Positions 31,910 through 32,000 of a stretch of DNA of 32,000 nt are shown one piece after another. Source of the DNA: Planctopirus limnophila DSM 3776 (GTDB lineage Bacteria > Planctomycetota > Planctomycetia > Planctomycetales > Planctomycetaceae). The stretch spans positions 1,020,001 through 1,052,000 of the forward strand of contig NC_014148.1 of assembly GCF_000092105.1 (NCBI RefSeq), in the 5' to 3' direction. The number at the start of each line of letters is the position of its first letter. Positions within the stretch are counted from its first letter, which is position 1. Position numbers and translations under genes: made by a program. The notes under the pieces are model-generated. The model searched no databases and was not told the DNA's origin. It was given only the letters and a program-made list of their open reading frames with translations.

Positions 31910-32000
31910 ATCCTGAGTGGTCTTCAGGTCCCATTAACCCGCGTTAATGATGACGAATTCCGAGGGGGCGTCTTGCTGGAGTTGGTCAGCTATTCGGTCA

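Overview
This 32-kb chromosomal window has moderately high GC. Its gene content suggests a planctomycete-like genome: a secreted arylsulfatase, a Tat-exported intradiol-dioxygenase-like protein, many lipoproteins, and a Flp/Tad pilus locus with long Pro-rich tails. That taxonomic guess is inference only, and all family calls come from motifs read by eye because no searches were run.

Layout, left to right:
- 1-1082: a 5'-truncated transglutaminase-like gene.
- 1083-3900: an accessory-looking island on the minus strand. It holds a GC-rich GNAT acetyltransferase and three small orphan genes, separated by two ~250-bp direct repeats.
- 4044-8896: arylsulfatase, a small lipoprotein, a 620-bp GC-rich non-coding spacer, tRNA-Leu(CAA), a nucleoside hydrolase and fxsA.
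- 9106-15493: a partial Flp/Tad pilus locus (flp, cpaA, cpaB, cpaC, cpaE). The 57-aa flp gene falls below the ORF-track cutoff, and cpaF/tadB/tadC are absent.
- 15964-19952: an MFS transporter, a translationally coupled ExbB/ExbD-like pair, and a YghZ-type aldo-keto reductase.
- 20078-23511: the dioxygenase-like protein, then a divergent lipoprotein / vWA pair.
- 23569-27804: a peroxide-defence cluster of AhpC, an AhpD-like protein, a secreted beta-propeller and a di-haem cytochrome c peroxidase.
- 28166-31909: CheX, a GAF-PP2C phosphatase, a class-I amidotransferase-like protein lacking the nucleophile Cys, and tsaE.

No CRISPR array, transposase, integrase or rRNA is visible.

The most unusual signal is the repeat module in the orphan island. 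Two full copies each fill a whole intergenic gap. A third partial copy lies upstream of the sulfatase. All three share the core TTGACA-N17/18-CAATCTGCGG on the minus strand, upstream of three unrelated genes.

Secondary leads:
- An 11-nt motif recurs upstream of all three tad transcription units.
- The stand-alone ExbB/ExbD-like pair has a coiled-coil insertion.
- The tRNA-Leu flank carries a tRNA-arm look-alike and a duplicated terminator half.
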